A stretch of 64,000 bases of DNA, taken from Pseudomonadota bacterium. Its GTDB lineage: Bacteria > Verrucomicrobiota > Verrucomicrobiia > Limisphaerales > SXTU01. Below the pieces are notes generated by a model. It was not told where the DNA came from. It worked only from the letters and a program-made list of their open reading frames with translations, and did no database searches. The position numbers and the translations under genes are program-made. The stretch's first letter is position 1. Each line of letters begins with the position of its first letter. This document shows positions 35,405 through 44,671 of this stretch, one piece after another. The stretch is from the NCBI GenBank assembly GCA_009924135.1, contig RFSE01000008.1, positions 2,131-66,130 on the forward strand, written 5' to 3'.

Positions 35405-36214
35405 ATGCAACTCAACCTAACGGACCATGTCGCTGTCATCACCGGCGGAGCCAGCGGCATCGGGCGCTCCATTGCCGAACTCTTCGCCAGCGAAGGCTGC
35501 AAGGTCGCGCTGTGGGACGTCTCACCGGGCGTCAGTGACGTTGCCCGCGAACTCGCCGCCACGCACCAAACCACGGCGTTGGGCTGCGTCGTGGATGTGA
35601 CACGGCGCGAGACCATCGAAGCCGCGCGGCTGGCTACTGAAGCGCAGCTTGGCCCCATCGAGCACATTATCCACGCCGCTGCCATCGGTTCCGGCAAGTT
35701 CGGCTTTCCCTTCACCAACCTCACGCCGGCCGACTGGCCGCGCGTCTTCGAAGTGAACGTCATGGGCATGGTAAACCTCGCGCATGTGGTCGCGCCGGGG
35801 CTCATGGAGCGACGGCGTGGCACGCTGGTCTTCCTGGCGTCCGTGGCCGGTCAGATCGGGTCGCAGACCGACCCGCCCTACAGCGCGTCGAAGGCGGCGA
35901 ACATCAACTTCGCCCAATGCCTTGCCAAGGACCTCGCCCCGCACGGCGTCCGCGTGAACACCGTCTGTCCTGGCATGGTGAAAACGCCCTTGAACGAATC
36001 CGTCTGGCGCGCGTGGCACGACCAGCAGCCCCCGGACAAACGCCGCACCTATGAGGAATGGGCCGGCGACAAAATCCGCGCGATCATCCCGCTGGGCCGC
36101 TGGCAATCCCCCGAGGACATCGCGAACATGGTGGTCTTCCTCTCCTCCGACCGCACCGCCCAGGTCACCGGCCAGACCCTCAACGTGGACGGCGGGTTTG
36201 TGATGCACTGGTAG
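35405..36214 (+). CDS. SDR-family oxidoreductase
   Basis: TGGASGIG cofactor motif and the YSASK catalytic motif. Confidence 0.85.
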   Translation: MQLNLTDHVAVITGGASGIGRSIAELFASEGCKVALWDVSPGVSDVARELAATHQTTALGCVVDVTRRETIEAARLATEAQLGPIEHIIHAAAIGSGKFGFPFTNLTPADWPRVFEVNVMGMVNLAHVVAPGLMERRRGTLVFLASVAGQIGSQTDPPYSASKAANINFAQCLAKDLAPHGVRVNTVCPGMVKTPLNESVWRAWHDQQPPDKRRTYEEWAGDKIRAIIPLGRWQSPEDIANMVVFLSSDRTAQVTGQTLNVDGGFVMHW

Positions 36215-36305
36215 CAGCGAGCCCAAAAGCAGTATGCTGGCTGGCAGGGCGAGAAGGCAGATAGAAACCCAGAAAGGCGGCCAGTAACCGAGGCGAGGGA
36301 GTTGA

Positions 36306-36382
36306 CACCGCAGAGGCGGGACGGACGCAGAGAAATGCCCGACGCAGGTTGCGATCTCTGCGCTTTTCCCGTCTCTGCGGTG
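36306..36382. repeat. Hairpin repeat, family C (CACCGCAGAGGCGGGACGGACGCAGAG arms)
   Basis: Arms at 36306-36332 and 36356-36382. Lies between the convergent SDR and DUF1501 stops. Confidence 0.8.
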
Positions 36383-36403
36383 CCAATTTCTCGCAACCTC
36401 GGA

Positions 36404-37840
36404 TCAGGCAAAAATGTCGTTCACCACATGGCCCGCGACATCCGTGAGCCGGAAATCACGACCGGCCTGGCGGAAGGTGAGGCGTTCGTGGTCCATGCCC
36501 AGCAGGGCAAGGAGCGTGGCGTGCAGGTCGTGGATGTGAATCTTGTTCTCGGCGGCGAACCAGCCGTAGTCGTCGGTCGCGCCGTAGGCGATGCCGGGCT
36601 TCACGCCGCCACCGGCCAGCCACATGGTGAAGCCTTCAGGGTTGTGATCGCGCCCGTCGCGTCCGCCTTGCGCGGCGGGGGTGCGGCCAAACTCGCCCCC
36701 CCAGAGGACGAGCGTGTCCTGCAACAGGCCACGGGCTTTCAAGTCTTTCAACAGCCCGGCGATGGGACGGTCCACCTCGGCAGCATTCTTCGAGTGGCCT
36801 TTGCGCAGGTTGCCGTGCTGGTCCCATTGCACGTCGGCATCGCTATGGGAGACCTGAATGAAGCGCACGCCGCGCTCGGCGAACCGCCGGGCCATGAGGC
36901 ATTGGCGGCCAAAGTTTTCGGTCACCTTGTCATCCAGGCCGTAGAGCCGCTTCGTCGCCTCGGTCTCGCGGGACAAGTCCTGCGCCTCGGGCATGGCCAT
37001 CTGCATGCGGAAGGCCAGTTCGAAGGAGTTGAGCCGGCCTTCGAGCGCCTGGTTCGGGCCGGACTGCGCCAGGTGGTCGCGGTTCATCGCGGCGAGCAGG
37101 TCGAGCTGCTGGCGTTGTTCACCGGGCGCGAGGCGCGGGGTGATGTAGCGCACCAATGCCTTGTCCGAGGGAACGGCGGCATTGCCAATGGGCGTGCCCT
37201 GCGTCCACGCAGGCAGGAAGGCCGCGCCCCAGTTGTTCACGCCGCCGTGCGCGAGCGTGGGGCAGATGGTGATGAAGCCGGGCAGGTTCTGGTTCTCCGA
37301 GCCGAGCCCGTAGTTAACCCAGGCCCCCATGCTGGGGCGGACAAAGTTGTCACTGCCGGTGTGGAGCTTGAGCAGCGCGCCGCCATGAGCGGGGTTCGTT
37401 CCATGGCAGGAGCGGAGGATGCAGAGGTCGTCAATGCACTGCGCGACGTGGGGGAACAACTCGCTGACCGGCAGGCCGGATTGACCGTAGTTCTGGAACT
37501 TCCACGGAGACTTGAGCAGCTCGGCGGTGGGCGCAAACTGCACGCGGGGTTTGGCCCCGGGAAAGGGTTTGCCGTCGTCGCGGTCCAGCAGCGGCTTGGG
37601 ATCGAAACTGTCCACCTGCGACGGCCCGCCCTTCATGAACAGGAAGATGACGCGTTTGGCGCGCGGGACGATGTGCGGCTCCTTGGCGGCCGAAGGGTTG
37701 GAAACCGTTTCGGGTTTGGAGTTTGGAGTTTGGAGTTGCTCCGCCAGCAGGGACGATGCGGCGAGCCAGCCGAAGCCGACCGCCGAACGCTGGAGCGCGG
37801 CGCGGCGGCTGAAGAGGGCTGGTTGGATCGCAGGCTTCAT
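36404..37840 (-). CDS. DUF1501 domain protein (second copy, Tat-like signal)
   Basis: SRRAALQRSAVGFGWLAA signal, FMKGGPSQVDSFDPKP and GRDHNPEGFTMWLAGGG, paralleling the 33624 protein. Confidence 0.8.
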   Translation of the reverse strand: MKPAIQPALFSRRAALQRSAVGFGWLAASSLLAEQLQTPNSKPETVSNPSAAKEPHIVPRAKRVIFLFMKGGPSQVDSFDPKPLLDRDDGKPFPGAKPRVQFAPTAELLKSPWKFQNYGQSGLPVSELFPHVAQCIDDLCILRSCHGTNPAHGGALLKLHTGSDNFVRPSMGAWVNYGLGSENQNLPGFITICPTLAHGGVNNWGAAFLPAWTQGTPIGNAAVPSDKALVRYITPRLAPGEQRQQLDLLAAMNRDHLAQSGPNQALEGRLNSFELAFRMQMAMPEAQDLSRETEATKRLYGLDDKVTENFGRQCLMARRFAERGVRFIQVSHSDADVQWDQHGNLRKGHSKNAAEVDRPIAGLLKDLKARGLLQDTLVLWGGEFGRTPAAQGGRDGRDHNPEGFTMWLAGGGVKPGIAYGATDDYGWFAAENKIHIHDLHATLLALLGMDHERLTFRQAGRDFRLTDVAGHVVNDIFA

Positions 37841-37917
37841 GAACGAACAGTACCACTAAAGCTGACGCGGCCAAGGCGGGCTGTCATTCGATGGGAGTTT
37901 TACCACCCGCCGATTTG

Positions 37918-37987
37918 CACCGCAGAGGCGGGACGGACGCAGAGCAAGCACCGGAATAAATTCTGCGTCCTTCCCGTCTCTGCGGTG
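37918..37987. repeat. Hairpin repeat, family C, second full copy
   Basis: CACCGCAGAGGCGGGACGGACGCAGAG ... TCTGCGTCCTTCCCGTCTCTGCGGTG, located immediately downstream of the aminotransferase stop. Confidence 0.8.
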
Positions 37988-37992
37988 TATTT

Positions 37993-38832
37993 TCATGCCG
38001 ACTCTTCCCGCCACGAAGCCAGCAGCGCAGTGTGAAGGCGCGTGAAGAGTGGAACGGAAGACATCACCGCTCCGTCCAGTTCAGTCACCGCGACCACCCC
38101 CACAGCACTTGATGTGAGAAAACAACCGTCGGCCCGGCAAAGGCGGGCCAAGTCCGCCACGGTTTCGTTGGCGGTGACGCCGAGCGCACGGCACAAGGCC
38201 AGCACGTCGGCCCGCGTCACGCCCGGCAACGCACCGGTCGTGAGCGGCGTCGTGTGCACGGTGTCGCCCTCGATCCAGAAGAGGTTCGCACTGGTGGCTT
38301 CGGTCACTTCGTCGCGGGGATTTAGGAGCAGGGCTTCATCGGCTCCGGCGGCTTCGGCTTCGGCGCGGGCAACGACTTGGAGGAGTTTGTTCGCGGTTTT
38401 GCACCCCGAGAGCCAGTCGCCGACGGGCAGGCGGAGCGAAGCCGTGCGGAGTTTGACGCACTTGGGCTCGGCGGTCAGAACGGGCGCGGGGTGCAGCGAC
38501 ATGATGAAGGTCGGCGCATCGGCCCCGCGCGGCGAGTAACCGCGTTCCCCGACACCCCGCGAAATGGTCAGGCGCAGGAGGGCGTCGGGCAATTGGTTGT
38601 GGTGGCTGAGATTGGCCGCGTTGGCGCGGAGGTATTCCGGCAGCCACGGCACGGTGAGATCAAGCCGCTGCAGGCCCAGAGCGAACCGCCGCCAGTGCGC
38701 GTCCCACCGCAGGGGCACGCCATTCATCACGCGCAACGTCTCGAACAGCCCGTCGCCGTAAAGAAACCCGCGGTCAAAGGCGGATACCACCGCCTGCTCT
38801 GCGGGCACAAACCGGCCATTAAAGAAGACCAT
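37993..38832 (-). CDS. Class IV aminotransferase (branched-chain aminotransferase / aminodeoxychorismate lyase family)
   Basis: FDRGFLYGDGLFETLR, a CKT.NKL-type Lys region and LPGVTR motifs. Start at MVFFNG. Confidence 0.8.
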   Translation of the reverse strand: MVFFNGRFVPAEQAVVSAFDRGFLYGDGLFETLRVMNGVPLRWDAHWRRFALGLQRLDLTVPWLPEYLRANAANLSHHNQLPDALLRLTISRGVGERGYSPRGADAPTFIMSLHPAPVLTAEPKCVKLRTASLRLPVGDWLSGCKTANKLLQVVARAEAEAAGADEALLLNPRDEVTEATSANLFWIEGDTVHTTPLTTGALPGVTRADVLALCRALGVTANETVADLARLCRADGCFLTSSAVGVVAVTELDGAVMSSVPLFTRLHTALLASWREESA

Positions 38833-38892
38833 CACGCGCCGTTTGTCCCGCAGGACCGGGGCGTTGGCAAGGGCGCAGGTTGCCACTCGGCT

Positions 38893-39038
38893 GGTAGGGC
38901 GAGACTCTGTCGAACCGTCGAAACCGCTCAGCGGTGCGAGCGAAGCGAGATTCCGGTTCAGGCACGGGCGTTGAGGATGCTCGCTTCGCTCGCGCCGACT
39001 CCCTCGGCAAATGGGGCTCGACGGAGTCTCGCCCTACC
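38893..39038. repeat. Nested hairpin repeat, family E (GGTAGGGCGAGACTC arms)
   Basis: Outer arms at 38893-38916 and 39014-39038. Inner arms GCGAGCGAAGCGAG / CTCGCTTCGCTCGC. Confidence 0.75.
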
Positions 39039-39125
39039 GGCGGCACCCGTCCGCCGAATGGTGTTTGACGCCGCCCCGTCGAAACGGTGCAATCGCGGCG
39101 AATTCCGATTGCTAAGAACACCGAG

Positions 39126-39755
39126 ATGAATACGAACCGCCTGTCCCAACTTCTCCGCGTGAGCGCCGCCCTGCTCTGCCTCGCCGGGGCCGCCTCCGCC
39201 CAGACCCTCGTCCGTTACGAGTCGCAGCCCGGCAGCAAAATGCGCATCGACGGCACCTCGACCATTCACGACTGGCACTCCGAAAGCCAGCTCATCGGCG
39301 GCTTCATCGAACTGGACGCCGCATTGGTGGAAGCCCCGGACAAGGCCAAGCCCGGCAAGGTCGTTGCCAAGGGGGAGACCTTCGTGGCCGTCCGTTCGCT
39401 CAAGTGCAGCAGCGGCAAGGCCATGGACGCCGTGATGCAGGAAGCCATGAAGGAGAAGGAAAATCCGCGCATCGTCTTCAAGCTCGTCGAACTGACGCTC
39501 AAGGACGTGAAGGGCACGAGCGTCAACTTCGAGGCCAAAGGCACCCTGACCGTCTCCGGAGTGACGAAGGAAATCACCTTTCCCGTCACGATGCTCCGGC
39601 GGGTGGACCCGTCCCACGCCAGCTTCTCCGGCACGACGTCCGTGAAGATGACTGACTTCAAGATCACCCCGCCCGCCCCGACCGCCGCCATCGGCCTGAT
39701 CAAAACCGGAGACGACGTGAAGCTGACCTTCGAGTGGGCCGTGGCCAAGAAATAA
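39126..39755 (+). CDS. YceI-like domain protein (secreted)
   Basis: Signal peptide followed by SKMRIDGTSTIHDW and TFPVT/SVKMTDF motifs of YceI-family proteins. Confidence 0.75.
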   Translation: MNTNRLSQLLRVSAALLCLAGAASAQTLVRYESQPGSKMRIDGTSTIHDWHSESQLIGGFIELDAALVEAPDKAKPGKVVAKGETFVAVRSLKCSSGKAMDAVMQEAMKEKENPRIVFKLVELTLKDVKGTSVNFEAKGTLTVSGVTKEITFPVTMLRRVDPSHASFSGTTSVKMTDFKITPPAPTAAIGLIKTGDDVKLTFEWAVAKK

Positions 39756-39803
39756 GCCGGCAAGGCATTGGCAGGACGCTTTCGGCGTGTTATTATACAG
39801 TTG

Positions 39804-40571
39804 ATGAAAGCCCTCCTCGCAGCCCTGTGCGTCGTTTTGTCATCGGTGGTCTGGGATGCCCAGGCTCAGCCGGCCGTCGGCCTTCCGGCAATCAATACCC
39901 AGGCCCCCTTCCTCGCCGCCTCGCTTTCCGAGTTCTTCAGCGACACCCGGGCCTTCACCGCCGGGGTGGAATTGACCTTGCCCGCGCAGGAAGGCTCTGC
40001 CCCCATGAAACTGCCGTTCGGCGTCGCCATGGCGGACGGCAAAATGCGCTGGGAACTGAACCTCGCCAACGTCAAGAGTGCCGAACTGCCGCCGGAGTCG
40101 ATCAAGGGTGTCCAAGACATGGGGCTGGACCGGATGTTCTTCATCTACCTGCCCGGCAAACCGCTCACGCTCGTATTCCCGGGCATGAAGTCCTACCTTG
40201 ACCTGGCGTTGCCGAAGACCGACGGGGTGCAACAAGCGGCGCAGGAGAAAATCGGCCGGTTGGAAAAAAAAGAAGTAGGCCGGGAAATCATCGCCGGACA
40301 GCCGACGGTGAAATATGCCGTCAAGGTCCCTGGTGACGATGGCTCGGCCACCGTCTGGCAGGCCACCAATCTACAGAACCTGCCCATTAAAATCGGCATC
40401 ACCAAGGACAAGCAGACCTACCAGCTTCAGTTGAGCAACGTTCGTCTCGGCCAGCCGAACGCGGCGTATTTTCAAGTGCCCGCCGGCCTGACCAAACAGA
40501 CCGACATGAACGCAATTATGCAGGCAGCGGCCCTGAAATCCTTCGGCGGGATCACTGGCGGTTTGAAGTAG
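39804..40571 (+). CDS. Secreted hypothetical protein (possibly a LolA-like / DUF4412-like beta fold)
   Basis: MKALLAALCVVLSSVVWDAQA signal peptide. Normal composition. The family assignment is weak. Confidence 0.5.
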   Translation: MKALLAALCVVLSSVVWDAQAQPAVGLPAINTQAPFLAASLSEFFSDTRAFTAGVELTLPAQEGSAPMKLPFGVAMADGKMRWELNLANVKSAELPPESIKGVQDMGLDRMFFIYLPGKPLTLVFPGMKSYLDLALPKTDGVQQAAQEKIGRLEKKEVGREIIAGQPTVKYAVKVPGDDGSATVWQATNLQNLPIKIGITKDKQTYQLQLSNVRLGQPNAAYFQVPAGLTKQTDMNAIMQAAALKSFGGITGGLK

Positions 40572-40777
40572 CTGGAACGCCAAACTGGACACAGGGCGCG
40601 CTCCCCTGCCCCTGGACCGTGGTTGATGGACCTCGGACGCCCACGTCCGCAGCGAATGTTGAGGTTGTACCGCAGGCGTCCTCGGCTGCGGACGTGGGCG
40701 CCCGAGCTCCTGCCGAAAGGCTGGTTCAAGGGCTGCAACCGCGAGGTTTGGTAACCCGTGGTTTCTCTCCCTGAAAT

Positions 40778-40974
40778 GGGCGCATCTCGACACTGCCGCC
40801 GAGGAGCGAAAACTTCCGGAGCGCGGCTGTGTCGCGGAGACCAGCCGCAGCGGCTGCGTCTGGCCGGTGGCGTTGGGGCGTTCCACCCCCTCGGTATTCC
40901 AACGTTGCTGCGGCTGATTCCGCGCCGAGCGGGACACAGCCGCGCTCCGGGGGCTGTGGCAAGATACGCCCCCC
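40778..40974 (-). mobile_element. MITE-like element, copy 2 (inverted relative to copy 1)
   Basis: Same TIRs as copy 1. The internal roughly 150 bp is the reverse complement of copy 1 with a few substitutions. Flanks are CCTGAAAT / CCTGGAAC (6/8). Confidence 0.75.
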
Positions 40975-41035
40975 CCTGGAACAACCGCACCGCGTTATTC
41001 TTGCCCACATGCGACCAAGCAGGCATTAACACCAC

Positions 41036-41401
41036 ATGAATTATGTCATGGCGGCGGTTATCGGCATCATCGGCGGAGTGACGAGCGGACTCTTTGGCGT
41101 CGGTGGCGGTGTGGTGATGGTCCCGGCCATGTTGTTTCTGCTCGGCTCGCAGGTCACGGACATCAAGCAAGCCATCGGCACCTCGCTCGCAGTCATTGTG
41201 CCCACGGCCATCGTCGGCTCCTGGCAGCACAACACGCGCGGCAACGTCATCTGGCCCGTGGTGTTCACCCTCATACCGACGGCGTTGATCGGCGGTTTCG
41301 CCGGTGCGTGGCTCACGACGAAGATTCCCGCTGACGACCTTAAGAAGATGTTCGGTGGTTTCCTCCTGCTGGTGGGCGGCAAACTGCTCTTCTTCAAGTG
41401 A
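41036..41401 (+). CDS. TauE/SafE (TSUP) family membrane protein, half-size
   Basis: GIIGGVTSGLFGVGGGVVMVPAM motif. Only 121 aa, i.e. one of the two repeats of the usual protein. Confidence 0.65.
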   Translation: MNYVMAAVIGIIGGVTSGLFGVGGGVVMVPAMLFLLGSQVTDIKQAIGTSLAVIVPTAIVGSWQHNTRGNVIWPVVFTLIPTALIGGFAGAWLTTKIPADDLKKMFGGFLLLVGGKLLFFK

Positions 41402-43221
41402 AACCTGTTCCCATCATCCGGCAGACAGCCTGGGGCTTGGCCTTGGCGTGCGGCGGCCTGATGATGAGCGGCCAATCCTTCGCGGCCCCGGGGATCAAGG
41501 CGGCCGACTGCGCCTTCTTCTTCGACTTCCAATCGCTGTCGGCCGACGTACGTCTGGAACACGGAGCCCGCCACGTTCCGCGTCCCGGCGGGGGCGCGCT
41601 GGAGTTCACCACCGCCCTCCAGTTTGCCGAAATCACCCGGCCGCTGAAACTCGACGGCGTTACTTCCGCCTCGGTCGGTGGCTGGTTTTTCCTGCGCCGA
41701 AGCGGCGAGCAGTGCTTCTTCTTTCGCGGTTTACCGGAGACCGGTTCACAGGGAGAACGCCTTTTTCGGCCGGCCACGAACTGGGTCAACTTCCTGCTCG
41801 GCACCGACCAGCATGGTTTCTTCATGGGCACGATCAATGGCAACGGCTCCATGCCCTTCCCACACGTAGCGCTAATCGAGCCGGTAATCAACGCATGGCA
41901 TCAACTGGTCGTGACCAAGACAGCGGACGGGTTTCAAAAGTTCCACCACAACGGCGTGCTGGTGCATTCCGATCATGCCTCGGCCTGGGCCCCAAAGGTC
42001 TGGCCGTTTCGCGATACCGAGCCCGGCGCGCCGGTGCGCCTCGCGATGCCGCTGGGCGGCCTCATCGGCGAGGCGTGGGTGTTGTCGCGCGAAGTGACAG
42101 AAGCGGAGGTGCAAGCCGACTTCGAGACCAAGCGGGGGCGTTACCATCCGGCGCTGCCGGGCACTCCAGTGGAACTACGGACGATGAACGCGCATCACGC
42201 GGCGGGCCTGTGGCGTGAGCCGGTCACGGCGCAGACCTGGCCCAAGGAACAAGCCCGCATCCAAGCGGGCGTGATGAAAGTACTCGGTCCTTTCCCTACG
42301 GAGAAAGTTCCATTGGAACCACTGACCTTGTCGGAAGAAGATTGCGGGACCTATGTCCGACGGAAGGTTTCGTTTCAGGTGCAGCCGGATGACCGCATGC
42401 CGGCCTGGTTGCTGGTGCCCAAGTCCCTGTTGAATCGCCCAACATCGGCAAAAGCTCCGGCGATCATCTGCTTCTACGGCACGACCAGCGGGGCCGGCAA
42501 GGACACCACCGTCGGCTTGAGCGGACCGAAGCCGGGCACGCCGCCGCTGAAGAACCGGGCGTTCGCCCTGGACATGGTTGCGGCCGGCTTCGTGGCTCTG
42601 GCACCGGATTATCTGCGCGACGGCGAACGCGTGCCGAAGAGCGGACGGCCTTACGACACGACGGACTTCTACGCGCAGTTCCCCGACTGGAGCATCCACG
42701 GCAAGGACACCTGGGACACGCAACGCGCCGTGGACTACCTGCAAACCCTCCCGTTCGTGGATGGCTCATCCATTGGCATGGTTGGGCACAGCTACGGCGG
42801 GCACAGCACCATTTTCACAACTGCACTGGAGCCGCGCATCAAGGCCGCCGTCGCGAGCGGTCCCGTCTCGGACTTTCTCCAACACGGCCAGCACTGGGCC
42901 GTGCCCAAGGGCGGCGGTAGCAGCCAGTCGCTGCCCGCCATGAGGCCGTATGTGCTCGACCCCACGCTGCCGCTGCCGGTGACCTTTTACGAGTGGACCA
43001 CGCTGATCGCGCCCCGGCCGTTGCTGGTCTTCCAGGCGGTCGGCGAGCGGCGGCCCATGGAGGAGGAGAACCATGCGGCCGTCGCAACGGTCTATGGGGA
43101 CTTGGGCGCAAGTGACCGGGTACGGTACCTGTGGTGCGCCGGCGATCACGACTTTCCCCCGGTGGCCAGGCAGACGGCGGTGGAGTGGTTTCGCCAGTGG
43201 CTGAGGCCGGGGGAGAAATGA
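41398..43221 (+). CDS. Secreted LamG/concanavalin-like domain fused to an alpha/beta hydrolase (esterase/peptidase-like)
   Basis: Signal peptide; WHQLVVTKTADGFQKFHHNGVLV LamG-like core; GHSYGG nucleophile elbow. The GTG start overlaps the upstream stop (GTGA). Confidence 0.65.
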   Translation: MKPVPIIRQTAWGLALACGGLMMSGQSFAAPGIKAADCAFFFDFQSLSADVRLEHGARHVPRPGGGALEFTTALQFAEITRPLKLDGVTSASVGGWFFLRRSGEQCFFFRGLPETGSQGERLFRPATNWVNFLLGTDQHGFFMGTINGNGSMPFPHVALIEPVINAWHQLVVTKTADGFQKFHHNGVLVHSDHASAWAPKVWPFRDTEPGAPVRLAMPLGGLIGEAWVLSREVTEAEVQADFETKRGRYHPALPGTPVELRTMNAHHAAGLWREPVTAQTWPKEQARIQAGVMKVLGPFPTEKVPLEPLTLSEEDCGTYVRRKVSFQVQPDDRMPAWLLVPKSLLNRPTSAKAPAIICFYGTTSGAGKDTTVGLSGPKPGTPPLKNRAFALDMVAAGFVALAPDYLRDGERVPKSGRPYDTTDFYAQFPDWSIHGKDTWDTQRAVDYLQTLPFVDGSSIGMVGHSYGGHSTIFTTALEPRIKAAVASGPVSDFLQHGQHWAVPKGGGSSQSLPAMRPYVLDPTLPLPVTFYEWTTLIAPRPLLVFQAVGERRPMEEENHAAVATVYGDLGASDRVRYLWCAGDHDFPPVARQTAVEWFRQWLRPGEK

Positions 43222-43267
43222 ACCCGCGCTCTTGTCAAACGCCCGGTCCACGGACAGACTGGCTGCA

Positions 43268-44242
43268 ATGAAGAATGCTCCATTGATAGTTGGCTGTATC
43301 ATCGGCGCTGTGCTGGCGATGGGAGCGCTTTTCTTTGTCCGGGTCAGCGTCACTCCTACTCCGGTGGCTCCGCCGGCACCGGTCGTCACTACTTCTCCCA
43401 TCGCGCCTGCGCCGGCGAACACCAACCGCCAGGTCTTCTTCGTCAAAGGCTTCGTGAAGGAACTCAAGCCCGACGGCCGCACTGTGGTCGTGGACCACGA
43501 GGAAATCCCCAATTACATGGCGAAGATGACCATGCCGTTCAAGGTGCGCACCACCAACGAACTCGCCGGCCTGGGCACCAACGACCAGATCCACTTCCGT
43601 CTGAACGTCGCCGAGTACGAGAGCTGGATCGACCAGGTGACGAAGACCGGCAAGGCCGCCACTCCGGCCGCCGACCCTACTCGCAAGGATTTCCGCCTCG
43701 TGCGCGAAGTGGAGGTGCTGAAAGTGGGCGACGCGCTGCCCGACTACCCGCTCACCAACCACCTTGGCCAGCCGTTCCACACTTCACAATTCAAGGGCCA
43801 GGCCCTCGCCCTCACCTTCATCTTCACGCTGTGTCCCATGCCGGACTTCTGCCCGCGCATGAGCCTGCGCTTCGCCGAGGCCACGAAACTGCTGAGACAA
43901 CTCCCCAACGCCCCGACCAACTATCACCTGCTGTCCGTTTCCTTCGATGTCCAGCGCGACACGCCCGCCGTCCTGCAAAATTACGCGAACATGGTGAAAG
44001 CCCAGCACGGGGCCGACCTGAGCCGCTGGACCTTCGCCACCGGGGCGCTGATTGAGATCGACGATCTCACCGAGCGTTTCGGCCTGACCTTCGCGCGTGA
44101 CAAAGACAGCTTCATGTTCAACCACAACCTCCGCACCGTGGTCATCGACGCCTCCGGCAAGGTGCACAAGATCTTCATCGGCAACGACTGGAAAGCCGAC
44201 GCCCTCGTGGAGGAACTGGTCAAAGCCGCGCAGGTGAAGTGA
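43268..44242 (+). CDS. CusF-like copper-binding domain fused to an SCO1/SenC thioredoxin-fold protein
   Basis: VVDHEEIPNYMAKMTMPF (CusF-like) followed by FIFTLCPMPDFCP (CxxxC) of SCO1/SenC. Confidence 0.75.
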   Translation: MKNAPLIVGCIIGAVLAMGALFFVRVSVTPTPVAPPAPVVTTSPIAPAPANTNRQVFFVKGFVKELKPDGRTVVVDHEEIPNYMAKMTMPFKVRTTNELAGLGTNDQIHFRLNVAEYESWIDQVTKTGKAATPAADPTRKDFRLVREVEVLKVGDALPDYPLTNHLGQPFHTSQFKGQALALTFIFTLCPMPDFCPRMSLRFAEATKLLRQLPNAPTNYHLLSVSFDVQRDTPAVLQNYANMVKAQHGADLSRWTFATGALIEIDDLTERFGLTFARDKDSFMFNHNLRTVVIDASGKVHKIFIGNDWKADALVEELVKAAQVK

Positions 44243-44289
44243 CCCCGCGCTCCCACGGTCGCTGACGCTGCGCTAGCACATAGCCACCC

Positions 44290-44668
44290 CGTGTGACTCG
44301 CAACCCGAAGGTTGCGACTACGATGCCGCTCGCCTCGTACCGGAACGCCGGTCTCCGACCCGGCGCGTTCAGGCCCGAACCAGTAGCCCAACGGTAGAGA
44401 AGCGCACTGAGCAATTCGCAGCGAAACCGCCTCATCCCCTGCGCTCCAGAAGCCCGACACTCATTTCCACAATTGGACCGGTGAACGCCAAGACGCAAGG
44501 GCGCAGAGACGCAAAGCCGAGTGGCGTTGTACAATCACCTGCGGTTATCGAAACGCTCAACTAGCTTCGCAACTCATCCCGCTTTTCTCCGCGTCTTAGC
44601 GCCCTTGCGTCTTGGCGTCAAAAACGGGGTCCTGACTACCAGCGCGCCGGGTCGGAGACCGACGCTCC
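44290..44668. repeat. Nested composite of three hairpin families between the SCO1-like gene and aspS
   Basis: Small hairpin TCGCAACC-CGAA-GGTTGCGA (44297-44318). Outer arms 44342-44367 / 44643-44668 (GGTCTCCGACCCGGCGCG type). Inner hairpin 44483-44517 / 44581-44619 (GCCAAGACGCAAGGGCGCAGAGACGC type). Confidence 0.75.
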
Positions 44669-44671
44669 AGT

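Noticed and set aside
36302-38035. 577-aa plus-strand ORF
   Set aside because: It is antisense to the DUF1501 gene. The DUF1501 motifs parallel the independent paralogue at 33624, and the plus-strand ORF also runs through two hairpin repeats.
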